From: an uncultured Ruminococcus sp.
GTDB lineage: Bacteria > Actinomycetota > Coriobacteriia > Coriobacteriales > Coriobacteriaceae
Length of the DNA stretch: 64,000 nt
Direction: 5' to 3'
Assembly: GCA_963604655.1 (NCBI GenBank)
Contig: CAVCRP010000002.1
Span: forward strand, 45,259-109,258
Shown here: in pieces, positions 16,712 to 25,160 of the stretch
How the letters are laid out: each line of letters begins with the position of its first letter
Position numbering within the stretch: the first letter of the stretch is position 1
The notes under the pieces: model-generated
What the model saw: the letters and a program-made list of their open reading frames with translations, nothing else
Told to the model about the DNA's origin: nothing
The model's database searches: none
Made by a program: the position numbers and the translations under genes

Positions 16712-18469
16712 ATGAACGAGATCAAGTGCCCGCATTGCGGCGAAGTCTTTAAGGTCGATGCGTCCGGCTATGCGGACATCGTCAAACAGGTGCGCGATGC
16801 CGAGTTCTCGCGCGACCTGGATGAGCGTGTGAAGGCCGTCCAGCGCGAGGGCGAGCAGGCTCTGGAGCTTGAGCGCTCGCGCTCGGCTGCTGCCTTGCAG
16901 GAAGCGGAGTCGGAGCGTGACGCTCGACTCGTTGAGCAGAGAAACGCCGCGGCACAGGAGATGGCGAAAGAGGTTGCCAGGCGCGACGCCGAGCTTGCCG
17001 AGCTGCGTGCCAAGCTCGAGGGTGCTGCCGCAGAGCGTGAGAGCGCAAGTCAGCGTGCAGCTGTTGAGGCTCGTGCCGATGCCCAAAAGGAGAACGCCGA
17101 GCTCCAGCGCGAGATTGACAGCTTGCGTGCACAGCTGGGACGCAAGGACGACGAAGCCAGGCTTGCCGAGGCCGCGGTGCGCAATGCCGCTCAAAACGAC
17201 CTGTCCGCGCGCGATGCTCAGATTGCCGAGCTGCAGGCGAAGCTCTCCGCTGCGGACAAGGCCCAAGAGATGGCGCTTGCTGCCGCTGCCGCCGAGTCCC
17301 AGCGTGAGCTTGATGCCGCTCGCAGCGAAGCCGAGCGTACGCTTGCCGACTATCAGGCGAAAGTGAAGGAGCAGTTCTCTGCTGCGAAGTCTCAGTCTGA
17401 GCAAGAGGCGGAGGGCCTGCGCGCCCAGCTGCGCGAACAGGAACTGACGGCAAAAATGAACCTGTCGGAGGCGGTTGCCGCGGCGGAGCGTGAGCGCGAC
17501 GAGGCGCGTGCGAAGCTTACGAGCGAGCTGGCAGTGCGCGATTCTCGAGAGGAGCAGGCCAAGGCAGCCCACGAGCTCGAGCTTGCGCAGGCCAAGCGCG
17601 CGAGTGACGAGCTCATTCGCTACAAGGACGAAGAGATTGAGCGCCTGAAGGACATGAAGGTGCGCCTGTCCACCAAGATGGTGGGCGAGTCGCTCGAGCA
17701 GCACTGCGAGACCGAGTTCAACCGCCTGCGCATGACGGCGTTTCCCAACGCGTATTTTGAGAAAGACAACGATGCATCCGAGGGCACCAAGGGTGACTTC
17801 ATCTTCCGTGAGTGCGACGCGAGCGGCAACGAGATCATCTCGATTATGTTCGAGATGAAAAACGAGAACGATGAGACGGCGACTAAGCATAAGAACGAGG
17901 ACTTTTTTAAGAAGCTCGATCACGATCGTCGCCAGAAAGGCTGCGAGTATGCGGTGCTTTGCACGCTGCTCGAGCCCGAGAGCGAGCTCTATAACGCCGG
18001 CATCGTGGACGTGAGCTATCGCTACGAGAAGATGTACGTGATCCGCCCGCAGTTCTTCATTCCCATGATCACGCTGCTGCGCAACGCCGCCATGGGTTCG
18101 CTGCGCTATAAGCAGGAGCTGGCGGAGTACAAGCAGCAGAATATCGACGTCACGAACTTCGAAGCGAAGATGGAAAAGTTCAAGGATGGTTTCTCGCGCA
18201 ACTACAACTTGGCGAGCAAGCAGTTCGAGTCGGCGATCAAGGAGATCGATGCTGCCATCAAGCAGCTTGAGAAGACCAAGGACGACCTACGTCGCAGTAC
18301 CGAGAATCTGCGTCTGGCCCACAACAAGGCTGATGAGCTTACGATTCGCAAGCTCACCTGGGGCAACAAGACCATGAAGGCGGCGTTTGACGAGGCGCGC
18401 GAGACGGCAGCGGGTGCGGGCGATGAGCCCGCCGAGGCCGATTCGTATGAGGTCGAGGATGCCGAGTAG
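16712..18469 (+). CDS. DUF2130 family protein (N-terminal Zn-ribbon-like CPxC, long Ala/Glu coiled coil, C-terminal PD-(D/E)xK-like module)
   Basis: MNEIKCPHCGEVFKVDASGYADIVKQVRDAEF is the typical DUF2130 N-terminus. It is followed by ~300 aa of heptad-like A/E/R-rich sequence. The C-terminal region GDFIFRECDASGNEIISIMFEMKNE has a D...E-x-K pattern. Confidence 0.85.
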   Translation: MNEIKCPHCGEVFKVDASGYADIVKQVRDAEFSRDLDERVKAVQREGEQALELERSRSAAALQEAESERDARLVEQRNAAAQEMAKEVARRDAELAELRAKLEGAAAERESASQRAAVEARADAQKENAELQREIDSLRAQLGRKDDEARLAEAAVRNAAQNDLSARDAQIAELQAKLSAADKAQEMALAAAAAESQRELDAARSEAERTLADYQAKVKEQFSAAKSQSEQEAEGLRAQLREQELTAKMNLSEAVAAAERERDEARAKLTSELAVRDSREEQAKAAHELELAQAKRASDELIRYKDEEIERLKDMKVRLSTKMVGESLEQHCETEFNRLRMTAFPNAYFEKDNDASEGTKGDFIFRECDASGNEIISIMFEMKNENDETATKHKNEDFFKKLDHDRRQKGCEYAVLCTLLEPESELYNAGIVDVSYRYEKMYVIRPQFFIPMITLLRNAAMGSLRYKQELAEYKQQNIDVTNFEAKMEKFKDGFSRNYNLASKQFESAIKEIDAAIKQLEKTKDDLRRSTENLRLAHNKADELTIRKLTWGNKTMKAAFDEARETAAGAGDEPAEADSYEVEDAE

Positions 18470-18490
18470 AGGATAGCGTATCGCGCAAAA

Positions 18491-18526
18491 AGCGGGGCCG
18501 CTGGCGATGTTGCCAGCGGCCCCGCT
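18491..18526. terminator. Bidirectional terminator between DUF2130 gene and helicase
   Basis: CAAAAA-AGCGGGGCCGCTGGC-gatgtt-GCCAGCGGCCCCGCT-TTGTTT, a 15-bp perfect stem. Confidence 0.75.
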
Positions 18527-18549
18527 TTGTTTCGCTCCATTGCGTCCGG

Positions 18550-21231
18550 CTAATCCTCGAGCAAATCCTCGATAAAGCCGACGCGGTAGTGGGTGAAGAT
18601 GACCTCGCCGCCGTCTTGCGTGGCGTCCAGGTCGACATCGCCCATGATGCCAAAGTCGTGGTCGCCATCCTCGTCGGCAAAGATCTGGTGCACGTGCCAC
18701 ACGTGATCGGTCTTCTCGTCGCTCTCGTCGATGGTAAACATCGCGGCGCTGCGGGCGTCGCCGTCGGTGAGGATTTCCTCGTGTTGCTCGTGATAGGCGT
18801 CGAGCGCCTTTTGCCAGCGGACCTCGCTCATGCCCCAGTCCTCGTCAAGCTCGCCCAAGTCGCGGACGTGTCCGCGGGCCGCAAGGGTCACGCGGCGGAA
18901 GAGCGCGTTGCGCACCAGCAGCGTGCAGCCGCGGCGGTCTGCCACGACCTCGTCGATGTCCTGGGGCGGTGCGGCGTCGAGTGCGGCCGGGTTGCCGGCG
19001 TTCTCCCACTCGTCTACCAGACTCGAGTCGACCGAGCGCACCACAAAGCCCAGCCACGAAATGATGTCGCGCAAGCGCTCGTCGCGCTTCTCAATGGGCA
19101 CGGTGCGGTCGAGCGAGCGGTAGGCCTCGGCCAAGTAGCGCAGCAAAATGCCCTCGGAGCGGGCGATGCCGAGCTTTTGGATATAGCCCTTAAAGTCGCT
19201 CGCGCTCTCCAGCATGTCGCGCAGGACGCTCTTGGGCGAGAGCTGGTAGTCGTTGGCCCAAGGTACTTCCTGGCAGTACTTGTCGAAGGCGGCATCGAGC
19301 AAGTCCTCGAGCGGCTTTTCGTAGGTCACATCCTGGATACGCTCCAAGCGCTCCTCGTACTCGACGCCGTCGGCCTTCATCTCGGCCATGGCGCGGTCGC
19401 GCGCGGCGCGTTCCTGTGCGCGCAACACCTGCTTGGGGTCCTCGAGCGTGGCCTCGACCATCGAGATGAGGTCCATGGTATAGGTCTCGCTCTCGGGGTC
19501 GAGCAGCTCCAGCGCGGCGAGAAGGAACGGCGAAAGTGGCTGATCGAGCGCAAAGTCCTCGGGCAGGTCGACCGTCAGCGCGTAGTCGATGTCCGGCGCG
19601 GCGTCAGCCGGAGCATCGGGTGCGGGCGGCACCTCGGTGCGCACGACGACGCCGGAGTCGATGAGCGTGGCAAAGATCTCATCGGCGCGAACCTCGAGCT
19701 TTGCCTTTTCCTCGGGCGTTTGCAGGCTTGTCTCGATGAGGTCGTGCACGCGGGCACGAGCGTCGCCGCCCTGCTCGACCACGCTAATCACCATGGAGTG
19801 CGTGATGCGCAGGCGCGGCTTGAGCGTTTCGGGCTGCGTCTCGATCAGGCGCTCAAAGGTCTGCTTGTTCCAGGTGACAAAGCCCTCGGGAGCTTTCTTC
19901 TTTTTAATCTTGCGGAGCTTTTTGGGGTCGTCGCCCGCCTTGGCCATGAGCTTGGCGTTCTCGATCTCGTGCTCCGGGGCCTCGGCGATGACCATACCCT
20001 CGGTGTCGAAGCCCGAGCGGCCGGCGCGACCGGCGATCTGATGGAACTCGCGGGCACGCAGGCGACGCATCTTGTAGCCGTCGAACTTGGTGAGCGCAGT
20101 GAGCACCACGGTGTGGATGGGCACGTTGATGCCGACGCCGAGCGTGTCGGTGCCGCAGATGACGGGCAGCAACCCCTGCTGCGCCAGGCGCTCGACCAGC
20201 AGACGATAGCGCGGAAGCATGCCGGCGTGGTGCACGCCGACGCCGCAGCCGAGTAGGCGCTTGAGGATCTTGCCAAAAGCCGTCGAGAAGCTCGTGCCTT
20301 TTGCCGCCTCCTTGATGGCCTCGCGCTGTTCCTTGCTGGCAATGCCAAAGTTGGCGAGGGATTGCGCCGTTGCGAGTGCGGCATCCTGGCTAAAGTGCAC
20401 AATGTAGAGCGGGGCCTCACCGCGGCGCATCGCGAGCTCAACGGTGCCCTCGAGCGAGGTCGTCACGTAGTCGTAGCTCAGCGGCACGGGACGCGGGGCG
20501 TCGACGACGAGGTCGCAGGCGGCGCCGGTGTGCTCCTCGAGCGAGGCGGCAATCGCGGTGACATCGCCAAGCGTGGCGCTCATGAGCATAAACTGCGTAT
20601 GGGGCAGGGTGAGCAGCGGCACTTGCCATGCCCAGCCGCGGTCGGGGTCGGCGAAGTAGTGGAACTCGTCCATGGCGACGCAGCCCACATCGGCATCCTC
20701 GCCTTCGCGCAGTGCGTCGTTGGCAAGGATCTCGGCTGTGCAGCAGATGACGGGCGCCTTGGTGTTGATATGCGTATCACCGGTGATCATGCCGACGTTA
20801 TCGCGGCCGAGCACCTGCACCAGGTCGAAAAATTTCTCGCTGACCAGGGCTTTGATAGGAGCCGTGTAATAGCAGCGCTTGCCTTGCGCCATGCCCATAA
20901 AGAGCATGCCCAGCGCGACAAGCGACTTACCCGAGCCGGTCGGCGTGCCCAAAATGACATGATCGCCGGCGGCTAGGTCCATCAGGGCTTCTTCCTGGTG
21001 ATCCCACAGCTCAATGCCGCGGTCGCTCGTCCATTCAAAGAAGCGCTCGAAGGCTTGGTCGGGCGTGAGCCACGGCTCGGGCTCGCTGCCGTCCTCGGGC
21101 TCCCACCAGGTGGGAGAGAGCGCGCCGAGCGAGCCGAACTCGGCCTCGGTGCCCGTGCCGCCCGAGAATGAGCTGGCGGCGCCGGCGCCGGAGACGGTGC
21201 TGGCGGAAGTATCTGTCGTGGTCTGTGCCAT
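18550..21231 (-). CDS. SF2 DEAD/DEAH-box helicase with DUF3516-type C-terminal domain (mycobacterial SftH-like clade)
   Basis: GTPTGSGKS (motif I), VAMDEFHYF (motif II DEFH) and MSATLG (III), plus a long C-terminal region as in actinobacterial DUF3516 helicases. I chose the start at MAQTTTD (21231). The track ORF extends to 21438, which would overlap trmB. Confidence 0.85.
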   Translation of the reverse strand: MAQTTTDTSASTVSGAGAASSFSGGTGTEAEFGSLGALSPTWWEPEDGSEPEPWLTPDQAFERFFEWTSDRGIELWDHQEEALMDLAAGDHVILGTPTGSGKSLVALGMLFMGMAQGKRCYYTAPIKALVSEKFFDLVQVLGRDNVGMITGDTHINTKAPVICCTAEILANDALREGEDADVGCVAMDEFHYFADPDRGWAWQVPLLTLPHTQFMLMSATLGDVTAIAASLEEHTGAACDLVVDAPRPVPLSYDYVTTSLEGTVELAMRRGEAPLYIVHFSQDAALATAQSLANFGIASKEQREAIKEAAKGTSFSTAFGKILKRLLGCGVGVHHAGMLPRYRLLVERLAQQGLLPVICGTDTLGVGINVPIHTVVLTALTKFDGYKMRRLRAREFHQIAGRAGRSGFDTEGMVIAEAPEHEIENAKLMAKAGDDPKKLRKIKKKKAPEGFVTWNKQTFERLIETQPETLKPRLRITHSMVISVVEQGGDARARVHDLIETSLQTPEEKAKLEVRADEIFATLIDSGVVVRTEVPPAPDAPADAAPDIDYALTVDLPEDFALDQPLSPFLLAALELLDPESETYTMDLISMVEATLEDPKQVLRAQERAARDRAMAEMKADGVEYEERLERIQDVTYEKPLEDLLDAAFDKYCQEVPWANDYQLSPKSVLRDMLESASDFKGYIQKLGIARSEGILLRYLAEAYRSLDRTVPIEKRDERLRDIISWLGFVVRSVDSSLVDEWENAGNPAALDAAPPQDIDEVVADRRGCTLLVRNALFRRVTLAARGHVRDLGELDEDWGMSEVRWQKALDAYHEQHEEILTDGDARSAAMFTIDESDEKTDHVWHVHQIFADEDGDHDFGIMGDVDLDATQDGGEVIFTHYRVGFIEDLLED

Positions 21232-21340
21232 GTGGTTTGCTTTCTCTCGCGTTTGTCCGCCATCCATTATGGCGTAGCGGCGGCGCGGGGCGCCAGCACG
21301 CGAGAAAATGCAGGAAATGGGCGTGTGATGCTGGCGGTCG

Positions 21341-22180
21341 TTAGTGGTCTTGCGGCAGGCGCTTCTTGCCCTTGCGGGCGCGGTTCTTAAAGTTCTCGAC
21401 GGCTTCTTCCATGCCGAGGGGCACGTAGGTGAGCTCATCGAGATCGTCGGGCAGGTAACAGGCGAGGCTCTGCTCCTGCGCCCGGCCCGCCGCGAGCTGC
21501 TCTTCGGTAGGCTCCGCGCCGGGTGTGGTGCAGATGCCGTAGACGACGGCGCCCATCTCGCGTGTGCGGCACTCGTATTCGGTCTCGGGATGCTCGGGAT
21601 GGTCGCGGCGCACGTCGTCGCTCACCCAAAGCGTATCGTAGCCGGCCGCGGCAAACTGTCCCAGGGCGTAGTCGCGTAACGGCTTGCTATCGGTGCGCAG
21701 CGTGACAGTGGCGCCGGCAGCAAAGAGCGGACGGTAGAGCATCAGATGGTCGACATGGACAAGTCGCTTTTTGGCGTACTTGGCCTTGGGCTGCGGCGTG
21801 GGAAAGTTGATGGTAATGGCATCGAGCTCGCCTGCGGCGAACAGCTGCGGCAGCGATGCGGCGCCTCGGGGTAGCACGAGCGCATTGGGCAGCTCCTGTT
21901 CGCAGATCTTTTGGGCGGCATAGGCAATGCAGATGGGCTCCTGGTCCATGCCGATAAAAAGGGTATCGGGCTCGCGGTGGGCGCGCTCAACCAGGTAGGT
22001 TCCTTTGCCGCAGCCCAGGTCGAGATGAAGGCGGGCGAAGGACTTGCCGCCGGCCGGCGTGCATGCCTCACGCCAGTGCCCGGCATAGTTCTCGGGGCTC
22101 GTCTCGATGGCGTCGGCGTAGCGCTCCAGGCGCTCCTCGAGCACAAAGTTCTTAGGCGTGCGAACGTGGACGGCTCCCAT
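21341..22180 (-). CDS. trmB: tRNA (guanine46-N7)-methyltransferase
   Basis: ...LHLDLGCGKGTYLVERAHREPDTLFIGMD...ITINFPTPQPK... is TrmB-like SAM-binding and substrate motifs. AAGGAG SD. Confidence 0.88.
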   Translation of the reverse strand: MGAVHVRTPKNFVLEERLERYADAIETSPENYAGHWREACTPAGGKSFARLHLDLGCGKGTYLVERAHREPDTLFIGMDQEPICIAYAAQKICEQELPNALVLPRGAASLPQLFAAGELDAITINFPTPQPKAKYAKKRLVHVDHLMLYRPLFAAGATVTLRTDSKPLRDYALGQFAAAGYDTLWVSDDVRRDHPEHPETEYECRTREMGAVVYGICTTPGAEPTEEQLAAGRAQEQSLACYLPDDLDELTYVPLGMEEAVENFKNRARKGKKRLPQDH

Positions 22181-22296
22181 AAGGCTCCTTGGTCATAAGT
22201 GCAGAACGCATGACCATGCGTTCCGGCAATGGGTTGGAAGGGGTGGGCACAATGTGCCCGAAAGTTGCGGTGCGGCTCGGGGCGAGTCGCTTGGTC

Positions 22297-23169
22297 CTAT
22301 AGGCGCTTGAGAATCACGTAGCGGTTGAGCTCGCCGCTGCGACCGTCGGCGTGGAAACGCTCAAGCTCGCGCACGGGGACCTCGCCGCTCTTGTAGAACG
22401 TACGGACGCCGCGCACCAGGTCGGTGATCTGCTGATCGTCAAAGTGATGGCAATAGCGGTAGGCGTGGCGGTCGTTTTGCCAGCCAATGAGGTGGTCGCC
22501 GGCTTCAAACTGTGTGGAATCGTAACCCTCAAACGGCGGGGTGAGCTCGGCGCGGGCTTCGGCGCGAACGGCCTTGCGCGCCATGCGCTCGTCGTTCATA
22601 AACTCCCAAAAGCTGATGGCGATGATGCCGCCCGGGCGCGTCTGGCGCACCAGGGCGTCGAGCACGCGTACGCGGTACTCGCATGACGGCACGTGGTGCA
22701 TAAAGCCAAAACAGACCGAGATGTCGGCGAGCGGGGCGTCGAAAAGCACGTCGGGTGTTTCGGCGGGGTTGAGCTTCATGAGGGCGTCGAGCACATCGAG
22801 CTCCTGGAAGTGCAGGTTGGGAATGCGCAGGGCGTGACCATGTGCATCGATAGCCAAATCTTGGCACGAGTCGACACCATAGAACTCAAACGGGCAGCTG
22901 GCATCTGCCGAGGGGTTTGCGCCGTCGACGCCCTTGGCGGCAAGTGCGCCGCCGGCGGCAAAGTTCTCGAATCGCATATTGCCGCAGGCAAGATCGAAGA
23001 CGCGGACGGGATGCTCGATCGTGGCGACGTCGAGCTGCTCGAGCGCAATGTCCATGGTGCGCACCCAGCCGGGCCATGGGGCCTGGCGCGTATCGGAAAA
23101 GGAGGCGGAGTGCTCGCGATAGAACGTATTGTTGAGCTGGATGAGCGATGAGGCGAAATCGCGGTTCAC
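22297..23169 (-). CDS. class I SAM-dependent methyltransferase, substrate unknown
   Basis: VFDLACGNMRF (motif I) and ...GGIIAISFWE... GTG at 23169 lies 9 nt after GAAGGGAG. The track start at 23217 is less likely. Confidence 0.75.
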   Translation of the reverse strand: MNRDFASSLIQLNNTFYREHSASFSDTRQAPWPGWVRTMDIALEQLDVATIEHPVRVFDLACGNMRFENFAAGGALAAKGVDGANPSADASCPFEFYGVDSCQDLAIDAHGHALRIPNLHFQELDVLDALMKLNPAETPDVLFDAPLADISVCFGFMHHVPSCEYRVRVLDALVRQTRPGGIIAISFWEFMNDERMARKAVRAEARAELTPPFEGYDSTQFEAGDHLIGWQNDRHAYRYCHHFDDQQITDLVRGVRTFYKSGEVPVRELERFHADGRSGELNRYVILKRL

Positions 23170-23435
23170 GGCGCGGAACTCCCTTCGTTGGCGGTGCGGA
23201 ATAAACAGTACGACCATACTACCGTTAACGTTGCGGCAGGAACAACCGAGCGGACATCATTGCTTTGTTTAGACACATTTCCGCAGCTCACATGCACCCG
23301 CAACCGTCGGTTGTCAAAAATCTCACTAGAATAGGTGGCGTGCTTTTGGCGGTGGCGAATACATTTTTAACTGTGCAAGGCGCCTTAAAGAACAGACGGT
23401 CCGGCGGCACGGCTGGCAAAAGCATAGGAGGAACC

Positions 23436-24164
23436 ATGAATGTAGAAACTGCGCAGCGGCTCGCCAATCTTCGCCGCAGTAAGGGCTTTAGCCAGGAGGG
23501 GTTGGCGCGAAAGCTGGGTCTCTCGCGTCAGGCGGTCAGTAAATGGGAGCGCGCGGAGAGCTCTCCTGATACCGAGAATCTGATTTCGCTCGCCAAGCTC
23601 TATGGCGTGAGCCTGGACGAGCTGCTCAATCCGAGTGACGAGATCGAGGACGATATCGAGTTTGAGAACGAGGACCGCGCTCGTCAGCGCGAGGCCGAGG
23701 CGGCGGAACGTGCCCGCACCCACGAGGCGGCAGCGCGGGCTACCGAGGCGGCAACACAGGCAAGTGACGCGGCAGCAAAGGCGGCGCAGGCGGCAAGCTG
23801 GAGTGCGCAGGCCGCCAATGCCGCAACAGCGCAGGTAACGGGCGGCGGTGCGGCCGGTTCGACTCCGGTGAAAGGCCCGTTCCAGTCGTTCCCGTATTGG
23901 GCCGTGTGCTGGCTGCTGTTCTTTTTGCTGATGTTCTCGTTTGGTGCCGGCCCCTTTGCCGCCGCGCTGATCTTCTTTACTATCCCTATTTACCACTGGG
24001 TGGCCCGTGCGCTCGATGGCGATTGGGCACGTGGGGATATCCGAGTGGGGCCAACGCCGGTGGCTAAGGCTCAGGAGAAGGACGCTTCCGCGGAGGCTGA
24101 TGCTGACGCAGCTGCTGCTCCGGTTCCCGTCGATCCGAATACCGAAGAAGGTGATGAGCGATGA
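23436..24164 (+). CDS. XRE-family HTH protein with Ala/Glu-rich linker and two C-terminal TM helices (membrane-tethered regulator)
   Basis: MNVETAQRLANLRRSKGFSQEGLARKLGLSRQAVSKWERAESSPDTENLISLAKLYGVSLDELL is an HTH_3 domain, followed by hydrophobic FPYWAVCWLLFFLLMFSFGAGPFAAALIFFTIPIY. ATG follows AGGAGG. Confidence 0.8.
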   Translation: MNVETAQRLANLRRSKGFSQEGLARKLGLSRQAVSKWERAESSPDTENLISLAKLYGVSLDELLNPSDEIEDDIEFENEDRARQREAEAAERARTHEAAARATEAATQASDAAAKAAQAASWSAQAANAATAQVTGGGAAGSTPVKGPFQSFPYWAVCWLLFFLLMFSFGAGPFAAALIFFTIPIYHWVARALDGDWARGDIRVGPTPVAKAQEKDASAEADADAAAAPVPVDPNTEEGDER

Positions 24165-25057
24165 AGCTTTCGCATGAGTCCAAGGTGCGCTTGGGCGTCG
24201 GCATCGGAGCGTTTTTGCTCATCATCGGGCTTGTTTTCGGCATTTCACGGACTTTGATTTACTTTGATGGGCCGTGGGAGCTTAGCGATATTGTCTCCGG
24301 CTTGTCTGGTCTGGATGACACAGTTGACGATGATGATATTTCGGATGGCGGTAACTATTCCGCTCAGCCTCAGCAGCTTTCGAGCGAAACGTTTGATGCC
24401 GACGCGTTCACATCGCTTGACCTGGATGTAACGTCGGGCACGGTCGAGGTCAAACACGTCTCCGGCGGGCAGGTGCGCGTCATCGAAAACGGTCGTGTGG
24501 CAAAGGGAACATTTGCTTTCGACGCCGCCACTCAGAATCTGGCTGAGATCAAGGGCTCTACGCTCAAGATCAGCCAGTTCGACTGCGATGACGAGCGAGC
24601 GATTGACCGCACGGTCACCATTGAACTGCCGCGAGATGTTGCGGATAACCTGGTGGGCATTACGGCGAATGTAGGGTCGGGCGACCTGACGGTCGCGGGC
24701 ATTGCGTGTCATGATCTGGATGTAACGCTGGACTCGGGAGACGTTAAGTTTACGGGCACCGTGACCGACAGCCTGAATGCCGAGGTTGGCTCGGGCGATG
24801 CGGCGTTTGAACTGTATCAAGCCCCCGCGAAGTCGATGGACGTGAGCGTGGGCTCGGGCGATGTTGAGATAACGGTTCCGAATTCTACGGGCTTTAAGGC
24901 GAGCCTTGCTCTGGGCAGCGGCGACTTTGAGAGCGATTTCCTTCCGCTTGACTACGATGGCGAGACCATTTTGAATCATGAGTTCGACAACGGTGATAAG
25001 TCTGCCACGTATCGTTTTGAGGTCGGTTCGGGCGATATGTCGTTCGATCCGGAGTGA
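24161..25057 (+). CDS. DUF4097-like beta-strand repeat protein with N-terminal TM anchor
   Basis: ATGA overlap with the upstream gene. N-terminal TM GVGIGAFLLIIGLVFGI, then repeated (V/L)xxGSGD(V/L) strands (VGSGDLTV, LDSGDVKF, VGSGDAAF, VGSGDVEI, LGSGDFES, VGSGDMSF). Confidence 0.75.
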   Translation: MKLSHESKVRLGVGIGAFLLIIGLVFGISRTLIYFDGPWELSDIVSGLSGLDDTVDDDDISDGGNYSAQPQQLSSETFDADAFTSLDLDVTSGTVEVKHVSGGQVRVIENGRVAKGTFAFDAATQNLAEIKGSTLKISQFDCDDERAIDRTVTIELPRDVADNLVGITANVGSGDLTVAGIACHDLDVTLDSGDVKFTGTVTDSLNAEVGSGDAAFELYQAPAKSMDVSVGSGDVEITVPNSTGFKASLALGSGDFESDFLPLDYDGETILNHEFDNGDKSATYRFEVGSGDMSFDPE

Positions 25058-25160
25058 CGACGGTGGGCTGAGTCCGCAAACATAGATGCTTGAGAATGCT
25101 CTTTGATGAAGGCGTCGGGGCCGTGGTCGGCTCCGGCGCCTTTGCCTTTACAATGGGGGC

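Noticed and set aside
16547-17923. 458-aa minus-strand ORF and other mid-sized antisense ORFs (for example 4935-6443, 8620-10059, 12411-13658, 18589-20256, 43702-44826, 55966-57210, 57225-58565, 58984-59883, 54654-55355)
   Set aside because: Each lies opposite a gene with strong motif-level identification and lacks SD sequences and recognisable domains. Their amino-acid composition (R/G/A/H/L-rich) is that expected from antisense translation of GC-rich codons.
15013-18469. Prophage or integrative element spanning the toxin-like ORF, HIRAN, phosphoesterase and DUF2130 genes
   Set aside because: There is no integrase, recombinase, capsid, terminase or att-like flanking repeat. The composition is not obviously different from the neighbours. 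I keep it only as a candidate functional module.
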